NCBI GenBank assembly: GCA_046481785.1
Contig: JAWOJF010000040.1
Span: 1-57,643, forward strand
Length of the DNA: 57,643 nt
Direction: 5' to 3'
DNA from: Ignavibacteriaceae bacterium
GTDB lineage: Bacteria > Bacteroidota > Ignavibacteria > Ignavibacteriales > Ignavibacteriaceae
The position numbers were made by a program, and so were the translations under genes. Below the pieces are notes generated by a model that worked only from the letters and a program-made list of their open reading frames with translations, was not told where the DNA came from and searched no databases. Within the stretch, counting starts at the first letter, position 1, and each line of letters starts with the position of its first letter. This document shows positions 25,869-35,677 of this stretch, in pieces.

Positions 25869-27157
25869 GAGTAATTAAAGGAAATACAGCAAAATATGTT
25901 TCTTTCCACAAATCTCTTCCTACTATAAACAGGGGATTTGGCGGAAGTACAGTTGGTACGCCTGATCAGTCAGCAGCAGATTCAGCACTTGATAACAATA
26001 CTAAAGAAATATTTGAAGACATACTTTCATTTGTTTCACTTTTAAACACTGCTGAAAGCATACAAAAGATTAATCATCTTGTTTATAATGCAATTAGAAA
26101 TCATATCGGTTTTGTTGAGGCAGATTTTTTCCTGTTTGATACAAATAATACTGAGCTTGTTTCTCCGGATAATTCTGCCACCGGCGAATCAAACAGGTTT
26201 ATTAATAACGCTTATAAAGAAGGAATACTTGACTGGGCTTTTAACAGCAAGTCTCCCCGTTCAATTCCCGTTTATAATATATATTCCTTACAGGATACCC
26301 AGGGACAATGTTTAATTATACCATTGTTTGAAGGTATTATTCCAAAGGGTATTTTTTCAATAATATATAATACGGTAATTGAAAAAGACAGTAATGCAAT
26401 TAATTACATCCAGCTAATTGTCAGTTACGCATTCCAGAGGATCAGCCTGTTCCAAAAAAATGAAGAAACAAAATTAGCCTATAATTCACTTCAGGCTTAC
26501 CAGTCAAAACTTTCAAATGATTACCGTTTATTTGCTGTTGGTGAACTTGCCGGGGGTGTTCTTGAAGAAATTCTTGATCCTCTCCAGGTGATCTTTAGTA
26601 GTGTAGATTTGCTGCACACAAATAACGGAAATAAAGAAATTATTTCTTCAATTAAAAACCAGGTAAGAAAAATTGAATCAAGCGCTGATAGATTAAGAAA
26701 GTTTGCCGATAGAAACGGTTATGCTGTAATGAAGATTTTGCCATGTGATCTTAATAAGATTATAGAAAACTATTATTCAATTATTTCCTCCTCACTCGAG
26801 AAGAAACAGATTGAATGTATCCTGGACCTGGAAGAGGGACTGCCCTCTGTACTAACTCATTCGGATTTAATTAACCAGATGATGGTGAACATTTTTAGTA
26901 TGATAACTGCCGATTTTACAAGGCCGGGTGGTGTTCTAATACAGACTCAGCAAGTGAAAGATGTTATCAAATTAATTTTTATAACAACTGAAGTTGTAAC
27001 GGCACTTAATAAAAATTCAAATTCCGAAGATCCTAACTACAAAATAATTACACAGCTTGTAAACAAACATGAAGGCCAGATAGATATAAGCTCAAGTATC
27101 GAATCCGGCTCAAGAATTGAAATAAAATTTCCGTTAAAAAGAAAAATAAGATCATGA
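25865..27157 (+). CDS. histidine-kinase-like protein with degenerate H-box and ATP-binding boxes (putative pseudokinase)
   Basis: The DHp-like segment reads FAVGELAGGVLEEILDPL, where canonical kinases read ..AHEI(R/N)NPL. The C-terminus ends like HATPase_c (KHEGQIDISSSIESGSRIEIKFPL), but no DxGxG or GxGLGL boxes are seen. TTG start. Confidence 0.6.
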   Translation: MRVIKGNTAKYVSFHKSLPTINRGFGGSTVGTPDQSAADSALDNNTKEIFEDILSFVSLLNTAESIQKINHLVYNAIRNHIGFVEADFFLFDTNNTELVSPDNSATGESNRFINNAYKEGILDWAFNSKSPRSIPVYNIYSLQDTQGQCLIIPLFEGIIPKGIFSIIYNTVIEKDSNAINYIQLIVSYAFQRISLFQKNEETKLAYNSLQAYQSKLSNDYRLFAVGELAGGVLEEILDPLQVIFSSVDLLHTNNGNKEIISSIKNQVRKIESSADRLRKFADRNGYAVMKILPCDLNKIIENYYSIISSSLEKKQIECILDLEEGLPSVLTHSDLINQMMVNIFSMITADFTRPGGVLIQTQQVKDVIKLIFITTEVVTALNKNSNSEDPNYKIITQLVNKHEGQIDISSSIESGSRIEIKFPLKRKIRS

Positions 27158-27777
27158 AAAAAATAGTTATTACTCTATTTTTGTTGTCCACGCTCTGTTA
27201 TGGCGATCAGTCTATCCTGGCTTCATCTCTTGTTAACCCCGACACCATGTTTGTTGTTACGGAAAATTCACCGCTGGTTGATTCGGTTAATATTAGTGAG
27301 ATAGTAAGAAGTCAGATTGAAGCGGCTCAGATGAGCAGTGTAATATCAAGTTTAAGTTATGTAACACCCGCGAAGGAAGTAAAAACTCCTGCAAGAGCAG
27401 AACAAAAACATGAAAAAGGTTTTTTTGAAAACATCATGCATATTCTGTACGAATCTAAGCACTCGAATGTTGCAATATTTTTAGCTTCTTCCGTTTTTAT
27501 AGTCTCAATGATTTTCGGCAGGAGATATATAATAGGCTCTGTCAGCGGGTCAAAGGGGCGTTTAAGGAAAGCTGTCAATCTTATTCGTACAGAAAAGCCG
27601 GTGCGCAGAGAGAATAAAAAGCTTGAAGAATTAAGAAGAAGATTGTCAGATTCAAATAACATTCTTGAAATGTCTGACATCACAGGAAAAGCAAAAGAAC
27701 TGAGAGTAGGTAAAGGTGAATTAATACTTGCCGCAAAAGTTAAAGCGTTTCAACTTTCAAAAATTTTAAGCAGGTGA
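27154..27777 (+). CDS. hypothetical membrane protein (207 aa)
   Basis: Signal-like N-terminus and a central TM segment (VAIFLASSVFIVSMIF). The start overlaps the upstream stop. No family recognised. Confidence 0.5.
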   Translation: MKKIVITLFLLSTLCYGDQSILASSLVNPDTMFVVTENSPLVDSVNISEIVRSQIEAAQMSSVISSLSYVTPAKEVKTPARAEQKHEKGFFENIMHILYESKHSNVAIFLASSVFIVSMIFGRRYIIGSVSGSKGRLRKAVNLIRTEKPVRRENKKLEELRRRLSDSNNILEMSDITGKAKELRVGKGELILAAKVKAFQLSKILSR

Positions 27778-27781
27778 TATT

Positions 27782-28489
27782 ATGATAAAAGGAATATACC
27801 TCAGCTCACGTACGCTGGAAGTTAAGTCAAAAAATATTGATACAGTTGCAAGCAATATTGCAAACATTAATACTACCGGCTATAAAAGACAGCTCCCGTT
27901 TTCTGAAGTACTTATGACGAATGGCCAGGTAAATGTAAAACAATATACTGACTTTCGGCAGGGAGAGCTTGTGGCAACTAATAGTCCGCTTGATGCTGCA
28001 ATTGAAGGCGATGGTTATTTTACTTTAAAAACCGAAGATGGCACACAATATACACGGAACGGAAAATTTAAAATATCCAATGAAGGATTTCTGATCAATG
28101 AACAGGGTTTTAAGGTTCTTGGTCATGGGGGAGAGATAAATATCTTTGAATTTACCACACAGGATCAACAGGATATAAAAATTAAGAGTAATGGCGAGAT
28201 AAAAGTAGGTGAAACTGTAGTTGATTCTCTTCTTGTAGTAAGAATAGAGGATGAACAAAACACAGCAAGACTATCTGGCCTTAACTTTGCCGCTAATGAA
28301 GTAAATGTATCAGTGTTGAATGATGAAAACTATAAAGTTCACCAGGGATATATTGAAGGGTCAAATGTAAATCCTGTTGTTGAAATGGAATCAATGATAA
28401 GATTGAATAATGAGTATGAATCTGCCGCCAAGATGATGAAGTATCTGGATCAGTCACTGAGTCAGGCAAATCAGATTGGTAAATTATAA
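27782..28489 (+). CDS. flgF: flagellar basal-body rod protein FlgF
   Basis: N-terminal IDTVASNIANINTTGYKRQ. C-terminal GYIEGSNVNPVVEMESMIRLNNEYESAAKMM. Precedes flgG. Confidence 0.85.
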   Translation: MIKGIYLSSRTLEVKSKNIDTVASNIANINTTGYKRQLPFSEVLMTNGQVNVKQYTDFRQGELVATNSPLDAAIEGDGYFTLKTEDGTQYTRNGKFKISNEGFLINEQGFKVLGHGGEINIFEFTTQDQQDIKIKSNGEIKVGETVVDSLLVVRIEDEQNTARLSGLNFAANEVNVSVLNDENYKVHQGYIEGSNVNPVVEMESMIRLNNEYESAAKMMKYLDQSLSQANQIGKL

Positions 28490-28499
28490 AGGAGAATAA

Positions 28500-29297
28500 A
28501 TGTCAACAAGAGCATTAAGAACAGCAGCATCGGGTTTATACGCACAGCAAGTTAATATTGAGGTAATAGCAAACAATATTGCCAACGTTAACACTACCGG
28601 ATTTAAAAAGAACAAAGCTGAATTCCAGGATCTTATGTATCAGGAAGAACTGGTTAACCCGGTTACTTCAAATCTTCCGGGGGTTGAAGATACAAATATT
28701 AAAATACAGGTTGGAAATGGCGTAAAACCTTCAACTGCTCAGAAAATATTTTTACAGGGAGACATAACAGCCACAAATAATCAACTGGATGTAGCAATCC
28801 AGGGAGATGGTTTTTTTCAGATAAGAAAGCCTGATGGAAATTATGTTTATACACGCGATGGTTCTTTTAAAATTAATGCAGATGGCAGGGTGGTAACTAC
28901 TAACGGCCATACACTCGATCCTGAAGTTACACTTGACGATGATACGTTAAGCGTTATTATCAGCAGAGACGGGGTAGTTGAATCAGAACAAGCCGGCGGA
29001 GGCCGGATGGTACTGGGTAATATTGAACTAGTGAAATTTATGAACCCGGCAGGACTTAAAGCCCTGGGAGACAATCTCTATGCCGAAACAGAATCTTCCG
29101 GCCAGCCCTTAATTGGTACACCCGGAAGCAGCGGCTTTGGCGAAATTCATCAGGGTTATCTTGAATCTTCAAATGTTGATATTGTTGAGGAAATGATCTC
29201 AATGATAACTGCACAGAGAGCTTATGAAATAAATTCCAAAACTGTTAAAACGGTAGAAGAAATGATGACAATGGCCAATAACTTAAAGCAGGCATAA
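28500..29297 (+). CDS. flgG: flagellar distal rod protein FlgG
   Basis: ALRTAASGLYAQQVNIEVIANNIANVNTTGFKKNKAEFQDLMYQ and C-terminal GYLESSNVDIVEEMISMITAQRAYEINSK. Confidence 0.94.
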   Translation: MSTRALRTAASGLYAQQVNIEVIANNIANVNTTGFKKNKAEFQDLMYQEELVNPVTSNLPGVEDTNIKIQVGNGVKPSTAQKIFLQGDITATNNQLDVAIQGDGFFQIRKPDGNYVYTRDGSFKINADGRVVTTNGHTLDPEVTLDDDTLSVIISRDGVVESEQAGGGRMVLGNIELVKFMNPAGLKALGDNLYAETESSGQPLIGTPGSSGFGEIHQGYLESSNVDIVEEMISMITAQRAYEINSKTVKTVEEMMTMANNLKQA

Positions 29298-29944
29298 TGT
29301 TGCTTAACTCTTTAGTCATATTGTATCTGTTTTTTACTTCGGGTAGTAATATTTCCGAACAGGTTGATAGTTTTTTTAAAAATGCTTTAAGCGGATATGA
29401 TAGTTTTGAAGTTGAAATGATAAGTACTCCGGCTGATATAAAGAATATCAGGTTTTTATCAAATCAGTTTGAGAAGAACAAAAGTATTGTTTCTCTTCCT
29501 GCAGAAATTGAATTAAACAACGGCGAGAAGGTTAAAACCTTTCTTTCATTCCGTTTAAAGCTTTATAAGAAAGCCCTTTTTGCGGATATTACTGTAGAGC
29601 GGAACCAGGAGCTGAGGCCTGAATACTTTGTTTTTAAAAAACTTGAAGTAAACAATATAAATGGCAGCCCTGTTTTTTCAACAGAATACCTGACAAATAC
29701 TATATCTAAAAAGAGGCTCTTTCCCGGTGAAATTCTTCTTAAAGAAATGATTGCAAAAGCGCCTGTTATAACTGCCGGAAGTAAAGTAAAAGCAAATGTT
29801 ATATCCGGCACTATTTTACTGTCATTTGATGCAGTTTCAAGACAAGATGGATGTGAAAATGAAATTATCAGGATTATATCGAGAGATAAAATACTTTACA
29901 AAGCAAGAGTAATTGACTCACTTAATGTGTCAGTAATAGAATAA
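29297..29944 (+). CDS. flgA: flagellar P-ring assembly chaperone FlgA
   Basis: C-terminal SAF-like region ITAGSKVKANVISGTILLSFDAVSRQDGCENEIIRIIS..KILYKARV. Position between flgG and flgH. Confidence 0.75.
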   Translation: MLLNSLVILYLFFTSGSNISEQVDSFFKNALSGYDSFEVEMISTPADIKNIRFLSNQFEKNKSIVSLPAEIELNNGEKVKTFLSFRLKLYKKALFADITVERNQELRPEYFVFKKLEVNNINGSPVFSTEYLTNTISKKRLFPGEILLKEMIAKAPVITAGSKVKANVISGTILLSFDAVSRQDGCENEIIRIISRDKILYKARVIDSLNVSVIE

Positions 29945-29979
29945 AAAATTTCAAAATTAAGAATAAAAAAGTAAACACA

Positions 29980-30552
29980 ATGACAAAGAAAATAGTTTTA
30001 ATGATGGTATTTATAAGTACTTGTATCTTAGCTCAGGATATGAGGCAGAATTCGTACAGCTCACTTTTTTCTGATTTAAAAGCAAACAGAATAGGAGATG
30101 CTGTTACAATAATAGTAGTAGAATCTTCCCAGGCATCTAATAATGCCGAAACTTCTGCCGGTAAAAGAAGTGACCTTGGGCTTAATGTTTCAGGGAAATT
30201 AGATAAAACAGCATTGCCCGATATTGATATGAACATGGGAACAAATAATGATTTTAATGGTTCAGGTTCAACCAAAGCCTCGGGAATGATAAGAACAAAA
30301 ATCAGCGCTACAATTGATTCTGTTTTTCAAAATGGAAATATGCTCCTGAGAGGGAAAAAGAAAATTTCAATAAATGGTGAAGAGCAGACTATTGCTATAA
30401 GAGGAATAATAAGGACATCCGATATTATGTCTGATAACTCGGTTTATTCATATAATATTTCGGAAGCTGAAATTGTTATTGAAGGAAGCGGCTTAATAGA
30501 TAATGCACAAAGTCCCGGTTGGTTAACAAAATTTTTCCATTGGCTTTTTTAA
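29980..30552 (+). CDS. flgH: flagellar L-ring lipoprotein FlgH
   Basis: SLFSDLKANRIGDAVTIIVVES...NGSGSTKASGMIRTKISATIDSVFQNGNMLLRGKKKISINGEEQTIAIRGIIR. Confidence 0.93.
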   Translation: MTKKIVLMMVFISTCILAQDMRQNSYSSLFSDLKANRIGDAVTIIVVESSQASNNAETSAGKRSDLGLNVSGKLDKTALPDIDMNMGTNNDFNGSGSTKASGMIRTKISATIDSVFQNGNMLLRGKKKISINGEEQTIAIRGIIRTSDIMSDNSVYSYNISEAEIVIEGSGLIDNAQSPGWLTKFFHWLF

Positions 30553-30684
30553 GAAATATATGCAGCAAAATTTAATCATACTTTCTCATCATAATAAACA
30601 CACCTCAAAGTTTTCTCTGCTGAGTAAACAAGGTGTGTGCTTTCTCCTTATTGTGGTTAAAGAAAGCCGAAATAAGGTAATAAA

Positions 30685-31776
30685 ATGAAACAGATATTTA
30701 TAGGATTATTAATTGTCATTTCAACTTTTAATCTTTTTGCTCAGCGGGTTAAGGATATTGCCTATATAACCGGCAACACCGCAGAACAGATAATTGGATA
30801 CGGACTTGTTGTTGGCCTCTCGGGAACAGGTGATTCTCACCGGTCTTCGTTTACTATACAATCAATTGCCAGTATGATGATGAGGTTTGGAATTACTGTT
30901 CCCGAGAACGATTTAAAGACTAAGAATGTTGCTGCTGTAATGGTTACTGCAACAATAAATTCCTATCTGAAACCTGGTTCTAATTTCGATGTAACTGTTT
31001 CATCAATTGGTGATGCAACAGGTCTCCAGGGGGGAACACTTTTAATGACGCCTCTTTCCAGCATGCAGGGGGCAGTATACGGCTTTGCTCAGGGACCTAT
31101 CTCTGTTGGCGGATATAATATTACAACACCAACGGGCAACCGGTTGTCAAGAAATCACTCGCTTGCCGGCAGAGTTCCCCGCGGCGGTATTTTAAAACTG
31201 GAATTGGAAAATGATGATATACCCTCTGAAGAAGTAGTATTATATTTAAGGGAGCCCGATCTTACAACTGCCACCAATATTGTAACAGCTATTAATTCCA
31301 AGTTTGGTGAAAATACCTCATCTGCAGCAGATCCTGCTGAAATTACTATTAATGTTCCTGCTGACAGGCAATCAAATATTATTTCATTTTTATCTGAGGT
31401 TGAAAATCTTCCGGTAGAAACGGATTTTATTGCAAAGGTAGTATTAAACGAAAAAACCGGAACAGTGGTAGCCGGAAGCAATGTTAAAATTCTTCCTGTA
31501 AGTATTTCACACGGCGGCCTTAATATAACAGTAAGATCTTATCCTATAATTTCGCAGCCCGGAGCTTTTTCAAACGGTACTACTGAAATATTTAATAATA
31601 TTATTCCTTTTGCATCTCAGGATTCAACCAATGTTGTAGCCATTCAGGGAGCATCAAATGTGCAGGAAGTAGCAGCAGCATTAAACTCGCTTAAGGTTAC
31701 ACCAAAAGATATTATTGCAATATTCCAGGCACTTAAGGAAGCCGGAGCATTAATCGCTGAATTGATAATTATTTAG
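30685..31776 (+). CDS. flgI: flagellar P-ring protein FlgI
   Basis: RVKDIAYITGNTAEQIIGYGLVVGLSGTGDS... and C-terminal VTPKDIIAIFQALKEAGALIAELIII. Confidence 0.95.
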   Translation: MKQIFIGLLIVISTFNLFAQRVKDIAYITGNTAEQIIGYGLVVGLSGTGDSHRSSFTIQSIASMMMRFGITVPENDLKTKNVAAVMVTATINSYLKPGSNFDVTVSSIGDATGLQGGTLLMTPLSSMQGAVYGFAQGPISVGGYNITTPTGNRLSRNHSLAGRVPRGGILKLELENDDIPSEEVVLYLREPDLTTATNIVTAINSKFGENTSSAADPAEITINVPADRQSNIISFLSEVENLPVETDFIAKVVLNEKTGTVVAGSNVKILPVSISHGGLNITVRSYPIISQPGAFSNGTTEIFNNIIPFASQDSTNVVAIQGASNVQEVAAALNSLKVTPKDIIAIFQALKEAGALIAELIII

Positions 31777-31793
31777 TAAAAGTATGGTAATGT

Positions 31794-32624
31794 ATGGAAC
31801 TACGCGTAACAAACGGAAATAATCATTTTAGTCATACTCCCGAAATAAAAAATAATACGGAGAATGAAAAGGGCAGTGAAGCCCGTATAGCTAAAGCAGC
31901 CCGGGACTTTGAATCGCTGTTAACCTCTATGATGCTTAAAAGCATGGCCCAGGGCAAAGAAGGCGGTTTGTTTGGAGGCGGTTCGGAAGATGGCGGTTTT
32001 GGCGGAGATTATTTTGATATGATCTTTCAGCAGGAAATTGCCTCTAAATTCTCTGAAGGTAAAGGGCTTGGAATAGCAGATATGCTTTTCAGGAAGATTA
32101 CAGGTAAACCTTTACCCAGTGATATACCTGCTATCAAACTGAATAGTTTTGAAGATGTTCCTATAAAGAACTACGATACCGGGCTTCGTTCGCTCCAGCC
32201 GGGTGAAAAATCATTAAACAGGCTCCGGCAGTATGAAAAGTATATTGATGAAGCTTCGGAAAAATTTGGTGTAAATAAAAATTTAATAAAATCGGTAATA
32301 CTTACCGAATCGGCCGCAAATGAGAAAGCGGTGTCTAAAGCTAAGGCTAAAGGCTTAATGCAGCTTATTGATTCCACTGCTTCCGATATGGGGGTAAATA
32401 ATGTTTGGAATCCGCGTGAAAACATAATGGGTGGCACTAAATATTTGTCCCAAATGCTTCGACAATATAATGGAGACTTAAAGCTTGCTTTGGCAGGCTA
32501 CAATGCCGGACCAGGGAATGTTAATAAATACAATGGAGTTCCACCTTTCGATGAAACGAAAAAATATATAACTCGTGTTATGAGCTATATGAACCATTTA
32601 AAAGAGGCAGATAATGAAGCATGA
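31794..32624 (+). CDS. flgJ: FlgJ-type rod-binding protein fused to an SLT (GH23-like) lytic transglycosylase domain
   Basis: N-terminal rod-binding motif AARDFESLLTSMMLKSM. The C-terminus carries IKSVILTESAANEKAVSKAKAKGLMQLI...LALAGYNAGPGNV (E-S, GLMQ and AYNAG SLT motifs). Confidence 0.85.
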   Translation: MELRVTNGNNHFSHTPEIKNNTENEKGSEARIAKAARDFESLLTSMMLKSMAQGKEGGLFGGGSEDGGFGGDYFDMIFQQEIASKFSEGKGLGIADMLFRKITGKPLPSDIPAIKLNSFEDVPIKNYDTGLRSLQPGEKSLNRLRQYEKYIDEASEKFGVNKNLIKSVILTESAANEKAVSKAKAKGLMQLIDSTASDMGVNNVWNPRENIMGGTKYLSQMLRQYNGDLKLALAGYNAGPGNVNKYNGVPPFDETKKYITRVMSYMNHLKEADNEA

Positions 32625-33063
32625 AAAATTATTTTTAATGTTAAAAGGTCAGGCAGAAAACCTCAGGGTATTTCTGGAGATTATAAAATTACAGCAGGAA
32701 TCACTGGTTAACAATAATAGTGAAAATCTGGATGTATCCGTTAGCAATGAAGAACAGCTTTTTCTTGAGATAAACCAGCTTCAAAAAAGCATAATAAAAG
32801 AAATTAAACGGATTGATGCAGATGAGCAACTGGAATTAAGAGAATACAAGCTTTCTGAGCTGGTTAGAGTTTTTGCCAGAACCAGCGAACCGGACTTAAA
32901 GAAGATAATTGCAGTCAGAAAGAAGATAACTGAGTACATTAAAGAAATCAGCAGGCTAAATTTTCAAAACAGTTATCTTATAGATCACTCAAGACAGCTC
33001 ATAAGAGAAGTGATTACCAGGGCTGCAAAAGATAAAAACGTAATTTTTGACAGGCGGGTATAA
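32614..33063 (+). CDS. FlgN-like export chaperone (position-based)
   Basis: 149-aa helical protein directly upstream of and overlapping flgK. The similarity to FlgN is weak and judged only by eye. Confidence 0.45.
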   Translation: MKHEKLFLMLKGQAENLRVFLEIIKLQQESLVNNNSENLDVSVSNEEQLFLEINQLQKSIIKEIKRIDADEQLELREYKLSELVRVFARTSEPDLKKIIAVRKKITEYIKEISRLNFQNSYLIDHSRQLIREVITRAAKDKNVIFDRRV

Positions 33064-34418
33064 TGGGTATAAGCAGGATTTTTGATTTATCAAGAAGGAG
33101 TATGGCTACATATCAGCGTGCTCTTGATATTACTGCACATAATATTGCCAATGCCTCTAATCCTGAATATTCAAGACAACAGGTGGTATTCTCTACAGAA
33201 AATCCGGAAATAACCGGCGGATTTGTTTGGGGTGCAGGTATAAAGCTTGATAGTATACAAAGGGTTAGAAATAGTCTTACTGATGCTCAGATAAGAACAA
33301 ACTATCAGGGTTATCATGATAATAAGCAAAGAACTGATCTTCTAGGCCAGGTTGAGCAGTTATTTACTGAACCTTCTGAACTTGGTTTGTCTAACCTAAT
33401 GAGTAATTTTTTCAATTCCTGGGATCAGCTTGCTGTTACACCTAACTCTATTCCTCTCAGGTCAAATGTTGTAAATGCCGCTGAACAGGTTGCTATAAAG
33501 GTAAGATCTGTTGTTGAGGGATTGGATATTATCCGCAGTGATATTCTTAAAGATGCTAAATCTAAAGTGGATTCTGTTAATAATTATATTAGGCAGGTAC
33601 AATCACTTAATAAACAGATTTTTGAATCAGAAAAAATTGGAAATAGTGCCGGTGATCTTTTGGACAGAAGAGACACTATTCTTGATGAATTAAGCAAACT
33701 TGTAAATCTTACTATCTCTTATGATAAGGATAATACTGCTTCAGTAAGTATAGGTGGAGTATTTGCAGCCGACAGGTCAAATTTTGTTGAGTTTACGCTG
33801 GAAGAAAATGGTGGAAAACTTTCAATTGAGTCAGTAGGCGGAGCCAAAGTAAACATTAGCGGCGGTGAGATGTTTGCACTGACTGAAACCTATTCTAAAT
33901 ACATTCCGGAATACCGGAATAAAGTTGATTCAATAATTAGTAGTATGGTTGAGGCTGTTAATGCCGAGCATACCAAAGGGTATTCTATTCACTCTCCGGC
34001 TTTAACCGGGATAAAGTTTTTTGAAGATTATGAAAGCGGCAATCTCAAGGTTTCACAGGATATTATAGATGATCCTAAACTAATTGCTGTCTCTGCTGAT
34101 GGAACAAACGGCAACGGCGGAATTGCTTTAAATATTGGTGCATTAATAAGTAAGCAAATACTTAACGGTACTTCCTTAAGTGATAATTATTCAAGTCTTA
34201 TAAGTAAGATTGGTAATGATGTACTTAAGGCAACACAGATTATGGAATCATCTCAACTTGTTGTTCAGCAGCTTGAAAATCAAAAATCATCTTACTCCGG
34301 TGTTTCTATTGACGAAGAAATGGCTAATGTAATCAAATTTCAAAAATCTTATGAAGCTTCTGCAAAACTTATAAAAGTTGCAGATGAAATGCTTGAAACC
34401 TTATTACAAATGGTATAA
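33063..34418 (+). CDS. flgK: flagellar hook-associated protein 1, FlgK
   Basis: N-terminal YQRALDITAHNIANASNPEYSRQ. C-terminal GVSIDEEMANVIKFQKSYEASAKLIKVADEMLETLL. Confidence 0.92.
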   Translation: MGISRIFDLSRRSMATYQRALDITAHNIANASNPEYSRQQVVFSTENPEITGGFVWGAGIKLDSIQRVRNSLTDAQIRTNYQGYHDNKQRTDLLGQVEQLFTEPSELGLSNLMSNFFNSWDQLAVTPNSIPLRSNVVNAAEQVAIKVRSVVEGLDIIRSDILKDAKSKVDSVNNYIRQVQSLNKQIFESEKIGNSAGDLLDRRDTILDELSKLVNLTISYDKDNTASVSIGGVFAADRSNFVEFTLEENGGKLSIESVGGAKVNISGGEMFALTETYSKYIPEYRNKVDSIISSMVEAVNAEHTKGYSIHSPALTGIKFFEDYESGNLKVSQDIIDDPKLIAVSADGTNGNGGIALNIGALISKQILNGTSLSDNYSSLISKIGNDVLKATQIMESSQLVVQQLENQKSSYSGVSIDEEMANVIKFQKSYEASAKLIKVADEMLETLLQMV

Positions 34419-34420
34419 AA

Positions 34421-35677
34421 ATGAGAATATCAGATATTTTAATGAATAATAGTTTTATAAATAATATTTCTAAAACTAAAGAAAGAATAAACAAACTGAG
34501 CATTCAGATTGCCACTTCAACAAGGGTTCATAAGCCCTCTGATTCCCCGGTTTCAGCGGCTAAAATTCTTAGACTGGGTACTACGATGAGCCAGAATGAT
34601 AATTATGCAAAAAATGTAGCAAACGGCCAGGCTATTGTTAATGAAACAACTTTTGCTCTAGAAGCAATGCAAACTGAAATTTCTGGTATTTTAACCAAAA
34701 TGACAGAACTGAATAACGCTGCAAACGAAACGAATTATAAAATATATGCCGAACAGATTGATCTTGCATTAAAGTCTATACTTGATGCTGCAAATTCACA
34801 GTCTGATGGAAAATATATTTTTGGCGGTACAGATCATTCTGTAATGCCGTATGGATATACCTCCGGCCAGGGAAGTATTGAGACCAAAGCAGGTGACGTT
34901 TCAGGCAAGCAGTATGTTAAAATGTCCTCTAATATTCTTCAAAAAATTAATATGACAGGTACTGAAATATTTGGCACAGTGTTAACAGGATCGGGGAACC
35001 TGGATAGTTCGGCAGCTATTGGCAGTGTTTATACAGTTAACAATACTGTTTATAATTCTTCTAAAGAAGAGTATAATCTTACATTGAATTATACTAAAAC
35101 TGCTGCTAATACTTATTCTTTAACTTATGATGTACTGGACAGTACAAGCACTTCCATTTATGCTTCTGCACCGGCGGCAGTTGAAGTTACTTTTGATCCG
35201 GCTACCGGTGAGTTTACTGCATTAAATGGCAGAGATACTTCTTTTTTAAAGATACAGGATTCTGCTCATCATCTGGATTTTAGCATTGATATGAACTTTG
35301 TTAATGAAACAAGTGCGGCAAGTTCAATTTCTTTTACCTCGAACCAAAAGACAGATATTTTTAATACTCTTTTAAGAGTCCGTAATGATTTGAATAATGG
35401 TATTAAACCATCCGATGAAGATGAGCAAATGATTAAGAACTTTAATAATTCTATCCTGGATAAAATTTCTGAAGCGGGAAATATTACAAACCAACTGGCG
35501 GCCACAGAAGAATTGTTAATTAACCAAAAATCAGTACTTCAGGGTTTAATGGCTAATGAACAGGAAGTTGATGTAGCTAAAGCAATTATGGAATTACAGA
35601 ACCAGGACTATATGCTTCAGTTGGCATATCAGGTTTCCGCAAAAATTCTTCCTAAGTCACTACTTGATTACATATGA
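34421..35677 (+). CDS. flgL: flagellar hook-associated protein 3, FlgL
   Basis: Flagellin-like N-terminus MRISD...INKLSIQIATSTRVHKPSDSPVSAAKILRL. Follows flgK. Confidence 0.85.
   Translation: MRISDILMNNSFINNISKTKERINKLSIQIATSTRVHKPSDSPVSAAKILRLGTTMSQNDNYAKNVANGQAIVNETTFALEAMQTEISGILTKMTELNNAANETNYKIYAEQIDLALKSILDAANSQSDGKYIFGGTDHSVMPYGYTSGQGSIETKAGDVSGKQYVKMSSNILQKINMTGTEIFGTVLTGSGNLDSSAAIGSVYTVNNTVYNSSKEEYNLTLNYTKTAANTYSLTYDVLDSTSTSIYASAPAAVEVTFDPATGEFTALNGRDTSFLKIQDSAHHLDFSIDMNFVNETSAASSISFTSNQKTDIFNTLLRVRNDLNNGIKPSDEDEQMIKNFNNSILDKISEAGNITNQLAATEELLINQKSVLQGLMANEQEVDVAKAIMELQNQDYMLQLAYQVSAKILPKSLLDYI

Noticed and set aside
27711-27737. TAAA-N15-GCCGCAAA about 45 nt upstream of flgF
   Set aside because: The spacing is right, but the -10 element lacks the conserved GAT core (CCGCAA versus CCGATA). 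This is too weak to call without data.
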